A stretch of DNA of 64,000 bases, from contig JARLIE010000040.1 in assembly GCA_031291875.1 (NCBI GenBank), forward strand, positions 3,011-67,010, read 5' to 3'. The notes under the pieces were generated by a model that did no database searches, had not been told where the DNA came from, and saw only the letters and a list, made by a program, of their open reading frames with translations. Position numbers and translations under genes: made by a program. The DNA comes from Minisyncoccota bacterium (GTDB lineage: Bacteria > Patescibacteriota > Minisyncoccia > Phycocordibacterales > UBA2100). This document shows, in pieces, positions 47,610-56,423 of this stretch (its first letter is position 1; every line of letters starts with the position of its first letter).

Positions 47610-48098
47610 TTAAACTACCCGTGCGGGGATTCTCGCAAATGCGAGGTGTGCTATAGCAACTGCGATGGCGTCGTATTCGTCGTCGTGCTTGATAGTCTTT
47701 TCGATCTTAATAAGCAAGTGAATCATTGCTGCAATCTGCTTTTTGTCTGCTCTTCCAAAACCACTTGTGGCATTTTTGATCTGGGCAGGCGTGTATTCGA
47801 ATACCTCCACGCCGTGCGAGCTCGCACACTCGATCAGCGCTCCTCGAGCTTCGGCAACACGCATGGCGGTTTTTTGGTTGGTGTTAAAAAAGAGTTTTTC
47901 GATCGCGAAGCAGTCCGGTTCGTACTTCGTTATGAGTAAGGCGCAGCGCCTCGTTACCTCAGAGAGACGAAAGACGAATTCATCAGCAGCTTTGGTTTCG
48001 ACGCATTCTGAAAAAAGAAGGGTGTCTTTACCGTTATCCCGTTCGATGACGGCCATGCCGCAGCGGCCATATCCGGGATCAATACCGAGCACTCGCAT
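47610..48098 (-). CDS. ruvC: Holliday junction resolvase RuvC
   Basis: LGIDPG, AIEKLFF, EYTPAQIK, G.ADKKQI, DDEYDAIAVA. Confidence 0.95.
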   Translation of the reverse strand: MRVLGIDPGYGRCGMAVIERDNGKDTLLFSECVETKAADEFVFRLSEVTRRCALLITKYEPDCFAIEKLFFNTNQKTAMRVAEARGALIECASSHGVEVFEYTPAQIKNATSGFGRADKKQIAAMIHLLIKIEKTIKHDDEYDAIAVAIAHLAFARIPARVV

Positions 48099-48190
48099 AA
48101 GTGAATTATAGTCGTAATTTATAGAGATGTTGCCAAAGTAGCATTTATATGTTATTGTTTGATTAGCTGTTCACAACAAAGCGAGGGAAT

Positions 48191-48445
48191 GTGCTATTTC
48201 CAACCAATAAAGCCCTAACGTTTTCTTCGAATCAGTATGAGGAGCTCGCAATCGCGGCTGCTCACATCACGTTCGGGGATTACATCAAGCTATTCGGCCT
48301 TTGTCCTCCGAATTCCGATTCGGGGCCGAAGCTGAAAGTCTACAAATGCAGATGTCCGATTGACGTACTTGCGTACGCTGATCTATTTTGGGAGTACGTC
48401 TGCCCGGGCGGCACGGTCTGCTTCCAAACACATATTCCCGAATAG
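48191..48445 (+). CDS. Small hypothetical protein
   Basis: 84-aa ORF with GAGGG upstream, followed by a hairpin; no recognisable motif. Confidence 0.35.
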   Translation: MLFPTNKALTFSSNQYEELAIAAAHITFGDYIKLFGLCPPNSDSGPKLKVYKCRCPIDVLAYADLFWEYVCPGGTVCFQTHIPE

Positions 48446-48483
48446 AGGAACAAGAAAGAGGCCCGCAACACGGGCCTCTTTAG

Positions 48484-49014
48484 CTATTCAGCGTTTGTAT
48501 AGACGTTTTCGACATCGTCATGCGCATCGATTTTTTCAAGCACTTTCATCAGCTCCTCGGTATCTGCCTCGGAAAGAGGAACGGTTGTCTTAGGGCTCCA
48601 GCCTTCGGCGGTCTTTTCGAATGCCCACGAGGCGCTGCCGGGCGCAGCCAGGGCGAGACCCAATTCACTCAAGAGGTGTTTTATTTCTTGCGCCGTGCGA
48701 TTGCGGCTATCGGTGACTGTCTCGATGATGATGGCGGAACCTCCTGGTCCGTAGGTTTCGTACGTGATTTGCTCAAGCATGTTTGCGTCCGCCGAAATTC
48801 CTTTGGCGACTGCGCGTTCGATCGTGTCTTTTGGCATATTCGCCTTCTTCGCTGTTTCGATCATCGTCCGTAAGGTGGGGGAGTTCACGTCGCCATTGGC
48901 TTTTTTGGACTCAACGGCAATACGCTTGCCGATCTTTCCCCACAAATTACTCTTCGCGGCATCGGCCGCGCCTTTTTGTCGCTTGATCTGAGCCCATTTG
49001 TTGTGTCCGGACAT
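48484..49014 (-). CDS. yebC: YebC/PmpR family protein (short form)
   Basis: MSGHNKWAQIKRQKG, NMPKDTIERA, YETYGPGG, TDSRNRT, DDVENVYTN. Confidence 0.93.
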   Translation of the reverse strand: MSGHNKWAQIKRQKGAADAAKSNLWGKIGKRIAVESKKANGDVNSPTLRTMIETAKKANMPKDTIERAVAKGISADANMLEQITYETYGPGGSAIIIETVTDSRNRTAQEIKHLLSELGLALAAPGSASWAFEKTAEGWSPKTTVPLSEADTEELMKVLEKIDAHDDVENVYTNAE

Positions 49015-49063
49015 GGCAGAAATATACGATACAATGCATTCGTTTACCAAACTCATTAAAATT

Positions 49064-49516
49064 ATGAAAGCTACGATCAATCGTTTGAGCCGTTTAACGC
49101 GCAATCGCGCTCTCGGCCTTTTACTCATTCGTCTCGCTACGGGCTTGGTGTTCCTCATGCATGGCTGGATGAAAATTAGCAATCTCTCCGGCGTCGAAGG
49201 CATGTTCACGCATATGGGGCTTGGCGGCCCGACGGGCATCTTCATTGCGTATCTCGAAGTGATCGGTGGCATTTGTCTTATTCTCGGAATCTTCACCCGT
49301 GTATTTGGCGTTGCGTTTGGCATTGAAATGCTGGTGGCGATTTTCATCACCGGCGGTTTCAACGGGTATCAGCCGCATGAGCTCGAACTCTACCTGATGC
49401 TCGTTTCGTTCGGCATCGCGCTCGCCGGATCGGGAAGCTATTCGCTCTGGAAAATGGAGTGCGACCTTTGTGGCGGCATGCTTTGCCGTGCGGACATGGA
49501 TTGCCCGGGAAGGTAA
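49064..49516 (+). CDS. DoxX family membrane protein
   Basis: LLIRLATGLVFLMHGWMK, EVIGG..LILG, GSGSYSL; C-terminal CxxC..C..C. Confidence 0.88.
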   Translation: MKATINRLSRLTRNRALGLLLIRLATGLVFLMHGWMKISNLSGVEGMFTHMGLGGPTGIFIAYLEVIGGICLILGIFTRVFGVAFGIEMLVAIFITGGFNGYQPHELELYLMLVSFGIALAGSGSYSLWKMECDLCGGMLCRADMDCPGR

Positions 49517-49519
49517 GCG

Positions 49520-50533
49520 TTACAGCAAACTCTTTTGTTCGTCGATAGGACGCGAGACGCCAATATGCTCGTAGCCTTTGTTCGTCACCATCCGACCGCG
49601 CGGCGTTCGGTCGATCAGACCAATTTGCATTAAGTAGGGCTCATGTACCTCTTCGATAGCGGCTTCTTCTTCCGACAATGCCGCCGCGATGGTCTTGAGC
49701 CCTACCGGACCGCCCTGAAATTTTTCAACGATGACCGTGAGAATGTCCCTGTCTGTTTGGTTGAGGCCGATCTCATCGATCTCAAGGAGCGCGAGCGCCT
49801 TTTTTACCGTTTTCACGTCGAGCGGTGTGTTGGAGACTTCGGCAAAATCGCGCGCCCGTTTCAGGAGATAGTTGGCCGTGCGGGGAGTGGCGCGAGAGCG
49901 GCGGGAAATTTCCATAAGTGAATCCGAATCCACCTCGATTCCGAGAATTTTTGACGAGCGGCGAAGAATTTCGGCGATTTCTTCATGATTGTAGTACTGC
50001 AAGCGGAAGGTACCGCCCGAGAAGCGCGAACGAAGCGGTGCCGAAAGCATGGAGATGCGCGTCGTTGCTGCGATGAGCGTGAAGGGCGGAAGCTCGAGCT
50101 GTACGGTACGAGCCGCAGGACCCTTGCCGATCACAATATCGAGCACTCCAGATTCCATTGCGGGGTAGAGAATTTCTTCGATCGTTCGATTGAGACGGTG
50201 GATTTCGTCGATGAAGAGCACGTCGCCAGGAGAAAGATTGGTCAGAATGCTCGCCAAATCCCCAACGCGCTCAATTGCGGGGCCGGAAGTCGCGCGCAAG
50301 TTGGCGCCGATTTCTTTGGCGATAAGGCTCGCGAGCGTCGTTTTGCCAAGACCGGGCGGACCGTACAAAAGCACGTGTTCCGGCTGGTGTTTGCGACCTT
50401 TAGCGGCATGCAAAAGGATCTGGAGGTTCTCTTTGATCGCTTCCTGACCGACATATTCCTTCCACTCGCCCGGCCTGAGAGCCTGATCGAGGGAACGAGG
50501 AGACTTTTCGAGTATGTGTTGTTCATTTGCCAT
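49520..50533 (-). CDS. ruvB: Holliday junction helicase RuvB
   Basis: LRP..EYVGQ, GPPGLGKTTLA, FIDEIHRL, PLRSRF, EPYLMQ.G..RTPRGR. Confidence 0.97.
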   Translation of the reverse strand: MANEQHILEKSPRSLDQALRPGEWKEYVGQEAIKENLQILLHAAKGRKHQPEHVLLYGPPGLGKTTLASLIAKEIGANLRATSGPAIERVGDLASILTNLSPGDVLFIDEIHRLNRTIEEILYPAMESGVLDIVIGKGPAARTVQLELPPFTLIAATTRISMLSAPLRSRFSGGTFRLQYYNHEEIAEILRRSSKILGIEVDSDSLMEISRRSRATPRTANYLLKRARDFAEVSNTPLDVKTVKKALALLEIDEIGLNQTDRDILTVIVEKFQGGPVGLKTIAAALSEEEAAIEEVHEPYLMQIGLIDRTPRGRMVTNKGYEHIGVSRPIDEQKSLL

Positions 50534-50580
50534 GTGGGTTCGGCTCAACTGCGCGCTCAAAGCGGGAAATCGAGGCGTAC

Positions 50581-50608
50581 TTGACAATCCATTTATATAT
50601 GATATGCT
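50581..50608 (+). promoter_or_regulatory. Sigma70-type promoter
   Basis: TTGACA (50581-86), 16 nt spacer, extended -10 TGA-TATGCT (50600-08). Confidence 0.65.
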
Positions 50609-50613
50609 CTCCA

Positions 50614-50860
50614 CCAGAAGCGCTGAAGAGCGCTTTTTATTTTACCCCGAATCGCGAAAGCTATTGGGGCCGATACAGAGGTGCGCAGTATCGGGCAATG
50701 GTGGTTCTTCCAAGGACGAGTCGGTTTTGGCTGGCTCTATCCTTAGGATCTTGCCGCAACTTTTCTACAAAAGCATTGCCCGATAGTGTGCATCTCCGAA
50801 GATGCAAGAATCTACCCGAAAGATACCACCCGATTGCTTCCACGCAATCGGGTGTTGTGG
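50614..50860 (+). ncRNA. Candidate structured ncRNA (6S-like or novel)
   Basis: Own promoter; 23-nt arms 50678-50700/50774-50796 with G-U pairs favouring the + strand; extra hairpins; no credible ORF. Confidence 0.55.
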
Positions 50861-50867
50861 TGTAAAT

Positions 50868-52559
50868 CTAGGCAATAGTCTCGAGCATCACCTGATCTTC
50901 GAGATCGACGACGCGTGCGAGTTCTTCGAGCGCGGTAACTCCTTGCAGGATTTTCACCGCGCCGTCTTGCGCCATGCGGCGGATTTGCTGGTGTTTGGCA
51001 GCGGCCCAGATATCCCGCTCGCTCGACGAGTGGCGAACGCAATCTTCTATTTGAGAGTCCATCAAAATGACTTCGACGACCGCGATACGACCCTTGTATC
51101 CCATGCCGCCGCACTTATCGCAGCCTTTGGGAACCCACATTTTATCGTGATTTTCCGGAAGCTCGTCTCCGTGTGGAATGTTTTTCAAAAGTCGATCCAT
51201 AGTTTCACGATCCTTGCCCTCGATCGGAACCTCCTGCCGACAATAGGGACATAGGCGTCGCACGAGGCGCTGCGCCATTGCTGTCGTCACGGCTGCGCCG
51301 AGAATGTCCGCATTCACGCCCATGTCGATAAGACGAGGGAAGGTTCCCGCGGCATCGTTGGTGTGAAGTGTCGTGAATACGAGGTGGCCAGTGAGCGACG
51401 CCTGGATCGCCGTCGAGGCGACTTCCGGGTCTCGGATTTCACCCACCATGATGACGTCTGGGTCCTGGCGTAGCGTCGAGCGCAATCCTTCTGCAAAGGA
51501 GTAGTCTTTGGAAACCTGCGTTTGCACGATTCCTTTCAGGTGATATTCGACCGGGTCTTCGATCGTGATGATCTTAATTTCGGAGGATGCGACTTTATTC
51601 AAGAATGCATAGAGCGTCGTCGTCTTACCGCTTCCCGTGGGTCCCGTGTTGAGGATCATGCCATTGGGCTTCGCGATTTCCCGATTGAAGATCTCCATAA
51701 GGTATTTATCGAATCCGAGGGCCTCCATAGGGAGTGCGATTGTTGTCGGATCGAGAACACGCATAACGATCGTTTCGGCGTAGTTGCCCGGCAATACGCT
51801 GGTACGAATTTCGATCTCTTTGCCGCCGACAACGATAGAAAAACGCCCGTCTTGAGCCGCATTTTTGACGTTTAGCTTTAGGCCTGCGAGCAATTTGAGA
51901 CGCGACGAAATCAGTGTGTAGGTTGGTACGTCGAACGTTGTCGCCTCCACCAAGACGCCGTCGAGACGATAGCGCATGCGAACTTCTGTTTCCTGCGGCT
52001 CGAGGTGTACGTCGGACGCACCGAGCGAGAGCGCGCCTGCCATGATGATCTCAAGTACACGTGAAATACGGTGTGTATCTTTGGAGCCGGCGTGTGATTG
52101 GATTTCGGCGCTGACATCAGCGAGCTTTTTTAGCTTCTGCATCATTTCCGAGATTGTTTCGTTGGAGAGCGTGAGGATACCGGCTTCAGTCTCGGTCGCG
52201 TACGAAATGTCGTGATAGCGATCCCACGCGTGCTCTAGGGAGGCTTGAGAAACAATAAAGCGACGCACCTGGTAGCCGAGGCGCTCAAGATTTTCGATTA
52301 CTTTTAACGCATCCGGCCGCTCCGGCGCGCGCATCGCGACCCAGAGCTGCTTGTTTATCTTATGAAACGGCGCGACTTCGGTTTGCTTCGCTTCCGGTTC
52401 TGCGATAAGACGCAACGCATCGGTATCGATTGCTTTGGAAGTTAGGTCGACGTATTCAATGCCGTACTTTTTTGAAAGCATTTCGGCGAGCTGTTCTTCT
52501 TCGCGCAACCGGAGCTCTTTCAGGCGCTCGTCTTGTTTTTTCTCATTGAACACGGTCAT
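50868..52559 (-). CDS. pilB: GspE/PilB type IV pilus assembly ATPase
   Basis: ASDVHLEP, QDGRF, TGPTGSGKTTTLY, TIEDPVEY, LRQDPDVIMVGEIRD, LCPYC..CDKC. Confidence 0.93.
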   Translation of the reverse strand: MTVFNEKKQDERLKELRLREEEQLAEMLSKKYGIEYVDLTSKAIDTDALRLIAEPEAKQTEVAPFHKINKQLWVAMRAPERPDALKVIENLERLGYQVRRFIVSQASLEHAWDRYHDISYATETEAGILTLSNETISEMMQKLKKLADVSAEIQSHAGSKDTHRISRVLEIIMAGALSLGASDVHLEPQETEVRMRYRLDGVLVEATTFDVPTYTLISSRLKLLAGLKLNVKNAAQDGRFSIVVGGKEIEIRTSVLPGNYAETIVMRVLDPTTIALPMEALGFDKYLMEIFNREIAKPNGMILNTGPTGSGKTTTLYAFLNKVASSEIKIITIEDPVEYHLKGIVQTQVSKDYSFAEGLRSTLRQDPDVIMVGEIRDPEVASTAIQASLTGHLVFTTLHTNDAAGTFPRLIDMGVNADILGAAVTTAMAQRLVRRLCPYCRQEVPIEGKDRETMDRLLKNIPHGDELPENHDKMWVPKGCDKCGGMGYKGRIAVVEVILMDSQIEDCVRHSSSERDIWAAAKHQQIRRMAQDGAVKILQGVTALEELARVVDLEDQVMLETIA

Positions 52560-52621
52560 GCAAGTATTGTAACGCATCAAAGAAGAACGGCGCCCGAATT
52601 CTCAGGCGCCGTTTGGCGAGC

Positions 52622-52906
52622 TTAATGTCGCCAAGGTTTTTGCAAGAACATACCGAGTACGACGCCGCCGGCGAGGTCGATAAACACGTGCGAGGCGAGA
52701 GTCGCTATTCCCGGATCTAGCACTGCATTCGCGCCTTCGCCCAACTGCAGAAAGAAGATACCCAGCGCGCCGAAGATGAGTATTGCGAAGGCCGAAAATG
52801 CACTTGAGCTAATGTAGCCCAAACCGATTCCGGCTATGACAATGACGACGGTAATTAGAATATCATTCCAAAGCATGACCATCCTCCATGAGTGTGCCGG
52901 CGGCAT
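52622..52906 (-). CDS. Small 3-TM membrane protein
   Basis: Hydrophobic 94-aa ORF; start uncertain. Confidence 0.6.
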   Translation of the reverse strand: MPPAHSWRMVMLWNDILITVVIVIAGIGLGYISSSAFSAFAILIFGALGIFFLQLGEGANAVLDPGIATLASHVFIDLAGGVVLGMFLQKPWRH

Positions 52907-52940
52907 TCAATCATGGGACGTTATTCAGTACAATGGCTGT

Positions 52941-53402
52941 ATGGAAATCAGGATTACTACTGTTGATGAGCTCAAGGCACTAGCGGCGCAATTTGTCGAA
53001 TCTATCGTACCGGGTAAGCAGGCGGTTATCGTCGCTCTCTCGGGAGATCTGGGGGCGGGCAAGACGACGTTTGTTCAGGCCGCGGCCGAGGTACTCGAGG
53101 TACGAGAGGATGTCACCAGCCCGACCTTTGTTATCGAAAAGATCTATCAACTTACGGGACAGAAATTCCAGCGACTCATTCATATAGACGCGTACCGGCT
53201 CGAAAGCTCGCACGAACTGGAGGTGCTCGGCTTTGAAGAGTTTCTAAAGGATCCAGGCAATTTGATTCTTCTTGAGTGGCCGGAAAAAGTATCGGAGCTT
53301 ATCCCGAGTGAGGCGGTACGAGTACGATTCGACATTCACGGCGACGAGCGTACTATTTCAATCAATGGCGGTGAAGAAAACAAAAAAGAAAGCCGAGGCT
53401 AG
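52941..53402 (+). CDS. tsaE: t6A biosynthesis ATPase TsaE
   Basis: LSGDLGAGKTTF, VTSPTF, HIDAYRL, LLEWP. Confidence 0.95.
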   Translation: MEIRITTVDELKALAAQFVESIVPGKQAVIVALSGDLGAGKTTFVQAAAEVLEVREDVTSPTFVIEKIYQLTGQKFQRLIHIDAYRLESSHELEVLGFEEFLKDPGNLILLEWPEKVSELIPSEAVRVRFDIHGDERTISINGGEENKKESRG

Positions 53403-55779
53403 CGAAATGAAGCGACTCGTGCTCCTCGACTCGCACGCGATCATCCACCGCGCATACCATGCGCTGCCCGATTTCACCTCAAGCAAAGGAGAACCTACGG
53501 GTGCATTGTACGGATTAACCACAATGCTTTTGCGGTCGGTGGCCGATCTCAAGCCGGATTTTATCGTCGCAACGCGCGACCGCGCGGAAAAAACGCACCG
53601 GCACGAGGTCTATGAAGACTACAAAGGGACCCGCGCGAAGATCGACGATGCGCTCATTTCACAGCTCATCAAATCGGAAGAGGTGTTTCGCGCCTTCGGC
53701 ATTCCTGTCTACGACGCGGCTGGATATGAAGCGGACGACATCGTCGGCACTATCGCCAAACAAGTGGCGTCGGAAAAAGCTATTTCCGTTATCGTGGTGA
53801 CGGGAGATAAAGACCTACTGCAATTGGTCAACGATCAAGTGAAGGTCTATCGGTTGCTCACCGGCATCACCAATATGAAGTTTTATGACGAAGAGGTTAT
53901 TCGTGAGCAATACGGCTTCGCACCGCCGTTGATAGCGGATCTTAAGGGCATCATGGGAGATTCCTCCGACAATATAAAAGGTGTGCCGGGTGTCGGCGAG
54001 GGAAGCGCGATGAAACTCGTTCAGACATTCGGTACGATCGAGAATATCTACAAGGCGTTGAAAAAAGAGGGGGCGGAAACCGTCGCAAAAAAAGCTGGGA
54101 TCCAAAAACGCTACGCGGAACTTATGGCGGCAAACGAGGAAGCTGCAAAATTCTCCAAGGAATTGGCCACTATTTCGATAGACGCACCAATCAAATTCAC
54201 GTTGCCGAGCGAAGAGTGGCAGATCGCACATCATGCTAAAAGCATTATGGAACTGTGCGACAAACTCGAGTTCCGCTCAATCAAGGAACGCGTCGCGACG
54301 CTGGTCGGCGAGGAGACAGGGCAGGAAGCGGTGCCTGTTTTGGGCGGCGCTCCCGTCGACCCGACTGCTCTCGAGGAAACCTCAATCGCACTCTGGCTGC
54401 TCCATTCGGATACGACTACACCGACGCTCGAAGATATTTTGGCGTACGAGAATACTGACTCTTTCGAAACAGCAAAAAAAACCATTTTTACGGAACTAAA
54501 AAAAACAGGACGACTACAAGAAGTCTTTGACAGGATCGAAAAGCCGCTGATCCCGGTTGTTCATTCGATGAATGAAACGGGTATCTACCTCGATACGAAA
54601 TATCTCGCCGAGCTTTCACACGAATACAACAAAGAGCTCGCCGCGATAGCGACCCGTATCTACGACGTCGCGGGACACGAATTCAATATCGGCTCTCCGA
54701 AGCAGCTTGCGACGGTATTGTTCGACGAACTAAAAATTTCTTCCGGCGGCAAACAGAAGATGACGGCAACCGGCGCTCGCACTACCAAGGAAGATGAGTT
54801 GCTCAAAATGGCGGAAGGAAACCCGATTGTCGTCGACGTGCTGCAGTATCGCGAACTACAAAAACTGCTGGGAACCTATATCGACAAAATGCCTTCGCTC
54901 GTCGGGGAAGACGGCCGTTTGCATGCGCAGTTCTTGCAGTCGGGCACCGTAACCGGTCGCATGGGCTGCGAAAATCCGAATCTACAGAACATTCCAATCA
55001 AGACAGAGTATGGCCGACGCATTCGCGAGGCATTCGCCGCGCCCAAGGGCTTCGTGCTTGCTTCGCTCGACTATTCGCAGATCGAGCTGCGTATCGCTGC
55101 GGGTCTCTCCGGCGACAAAGACCTCGTCACTATTTTCAAAAATAACGAAGATGTGCACGCGGCGACCGCTTCGCACGTCTTCGGTGTGCCGCAAGACAAA
55201 GTCGATAAAGAAATGCGCCGCAAAGCGAAAGTGATCAACTTCGGGATCCTATACGGCATGGGCGTCAACGCGCTCAAGGCGAACCTCGGCATGGGAACGA
55301 CTCGCGAGGAAGCATCGAACTTTCTGGAGCAGTATTTCAAGAATTTCTCCGGCCTTGCCGCTTTCGTTGAGGAGCAGAAGAAACTGGCGCGTCAGCATGG
55401 CTATACGGAAACCCTCTACGGGCGTCGCCGGTACTTCCCGGGCATCCGGTCGCCGCTGCCGGGAATCGTCGCGCAGGCCGAACGTATGGCGGTGAATGCG
55501 CCAATCCAGGGCACGCAGGCCGACATCATCAAACTCGCGATGATTGAGGCGGATCGAGTCATCGAGAAAAATGGATGGCAGAAGAAGGCGAGACTCATGC
55601 TTCAGGTTCACGATGAACTTGTGTATGAGATCGAAGAGGGCGAAAGCGAGAAGATCGCACGGGAGATATGTTCGATCATGGAGAACGTTGTCTCGCAAAA
55701 AGCGCTCTCCGGAGTTCCTATCGTCGCCGAGATCGCGATAGGGGAGAACTGGGGTTCAACGAAGCGACTCAAAAAATAA
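53365..55779 (+). CDS. polA: DNA polymerase I
   Basis: 5'-3' exonuclease (YEADDIVGT, GDSSDNIKGVPGVG), polymerase motifs DYSQIELR, KVINFGILYGMG, QVHDEL. Confidence 0.96.
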   Translation: MAVKKTKKKAEASEMKRLVLLDSHAIIHRAYHALPDFTSSKGEPTGALYGLTTMLLRSVADLKPDFIVATRDRAEKTHRHEVYEDYKGTRAKIDDALISQLIKSEEVFRAFGIPVYDAAGYEADDIVGTIAKQVASEKAISVIVVTGDKDLLQLVNDQVKVYRLLTGITNMKFYDEEVIREQYGFAPPLIADLKGIMGDSSDNIKGVPGVGEGSAMKLVQTFGTIENIYKALKKEGAETVAKKAGIQKRYAELMAANEEAAKFSKELATISIDAPIKFTLPSEEWQIAHHAKSIMELCDKLEFRSIKERVATLVGEETGQEAVPVLGGAPVDPTALEETSIALWLLHSDTTTPTLEDILAYENTDSFETAKKTIFTELKKTGRLQEVFDRIEKPLIPVVHSMNETGIYLDTKYLAELSHEYNKELAAIATRIYDVAGHEFNIGSPKQLATVLFDELKISSGGKQKMTATGARTTKEDELLKMAEGNPIVVDVLQYRELQKLLGTYIDKMPSLVGEDGRLHAQFLQSGTVTGRMGCENPNLQNIPIKTEYGRRIREAFAAPKGFVLASLDYSQIELRIAAGLSGDKDLVTIFKNNEDVHAATASHVFGVPQDKVDKEMRRKAKVINFGILYGMGVNALKANLGMGTTREEASNFLEQYFKNFSGLAAFVEEQKKLARQHGYTETLYGRRRYFPGIRSPLPGIVAQAERMAVNAPIQGTQADIIKLAMIEADRVIEKNGWQKKARLMLQVHDELVYEIEEGESEKIAREICSIMENVVSQKALSGVPIVAEIAIGENWGSTKRLKK

Positions 55780-55780
55780 T

Positions 55781-56410
55781 ATGTTGTACGCGTTTCTCGG
55801 TACCGATCGAAAGAAGTCGCGCGACGCGATGGGTGCGAAGATCGCGCAGCTAAAAGGATACGCGCGCGTTCACATTACGGATGCACACACCATAGCTGAT
55901 CTCGCCGCAGCCCTGGGAGGAGGCGGTATGTTTGCGCAGCGGCGTGCAATCGTTTTGGATGGGATCTTTTCCAACGATGAGCTTAAAGAGCGAACGGTCG
56001 CAAGTCTCGATTCGATGAAAGCCTCTGAGGACGTTTTCTTTATCTTTGAAGAAAAACTCGACGCAGCCACAAAGCGCGCAGTGACAAAATATGCGGAAGC
56101 GGTAGAAGTGTTCGATGCTCCGAAAAAGGCTCAAGATAACGCTATTTTCAAACTTCGCTTCGCGCTGGAGAAGGGGGACAAAAAGACGCTTTGGGTAGGC
56201 CTTATGCATGAATACGCGGGTGGCAAAGCGCCGGAGGCGGTACATGGATTTCTCTTTTGGGCGGCAAAACAGATGGTTATGAATCCGCGCGGCGATAGTG
56301 CACGCGCGCGAAAGTTACTTGCGCGGCTTGCTGAACTCCCGCATGAGTCGCGTCGCAAAGGTTTCGACCTCGAATATTCACTTGAGCAATTTGTGCTTTC
56401 GGAGGTGTGA
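55781..56410 (+). CDS. DNA polymerase III delta-like protein (short)
   Basis: MLYAFLGTD, GGGMFAQRRAIVL, LEYSLEQFVL; 1 nt after polA. Confidence 0.55.
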   Translation: MLYAFLGTDRKKSRDAMGAKIAQLKGYARVHITDAHTIADLAAALGGGGMFAQRRAIVLDGIFSNDELKERTVASLDSMKASEDVFFIFEEKLDAATKRAVTKYAEAVEVFDAPKKAQDNAIFKLRFALEKGDKKTLWVGLMHEYAGGKAPEAVHGFLFWAAKQMVMNPRGDSARARKLLARLAELPHESRRKGFDLEYSLEQFVLSEV

Positions 56411-56423
56411 TACTATTTTCAGT

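Noticed and set aside
48484-49362. 292-aa extended YebC, and similar N-terminal extensions of rnpA, pcrA, rarA, tsaE and trmH in the ORF track
   Set aside because: The extensions overlap real neighbouring genes or promoters; conserved N-termini and -10 spacing indicate downstream starts.
50608-50690. Permuted tmRNA (CTCCACCA followed by GGGGCCGAT)
   Set aside because: No T-arm (GGTTCRA) before CTCCACCA, no TTCGAC after the GGGG start, and no tag reading frame.
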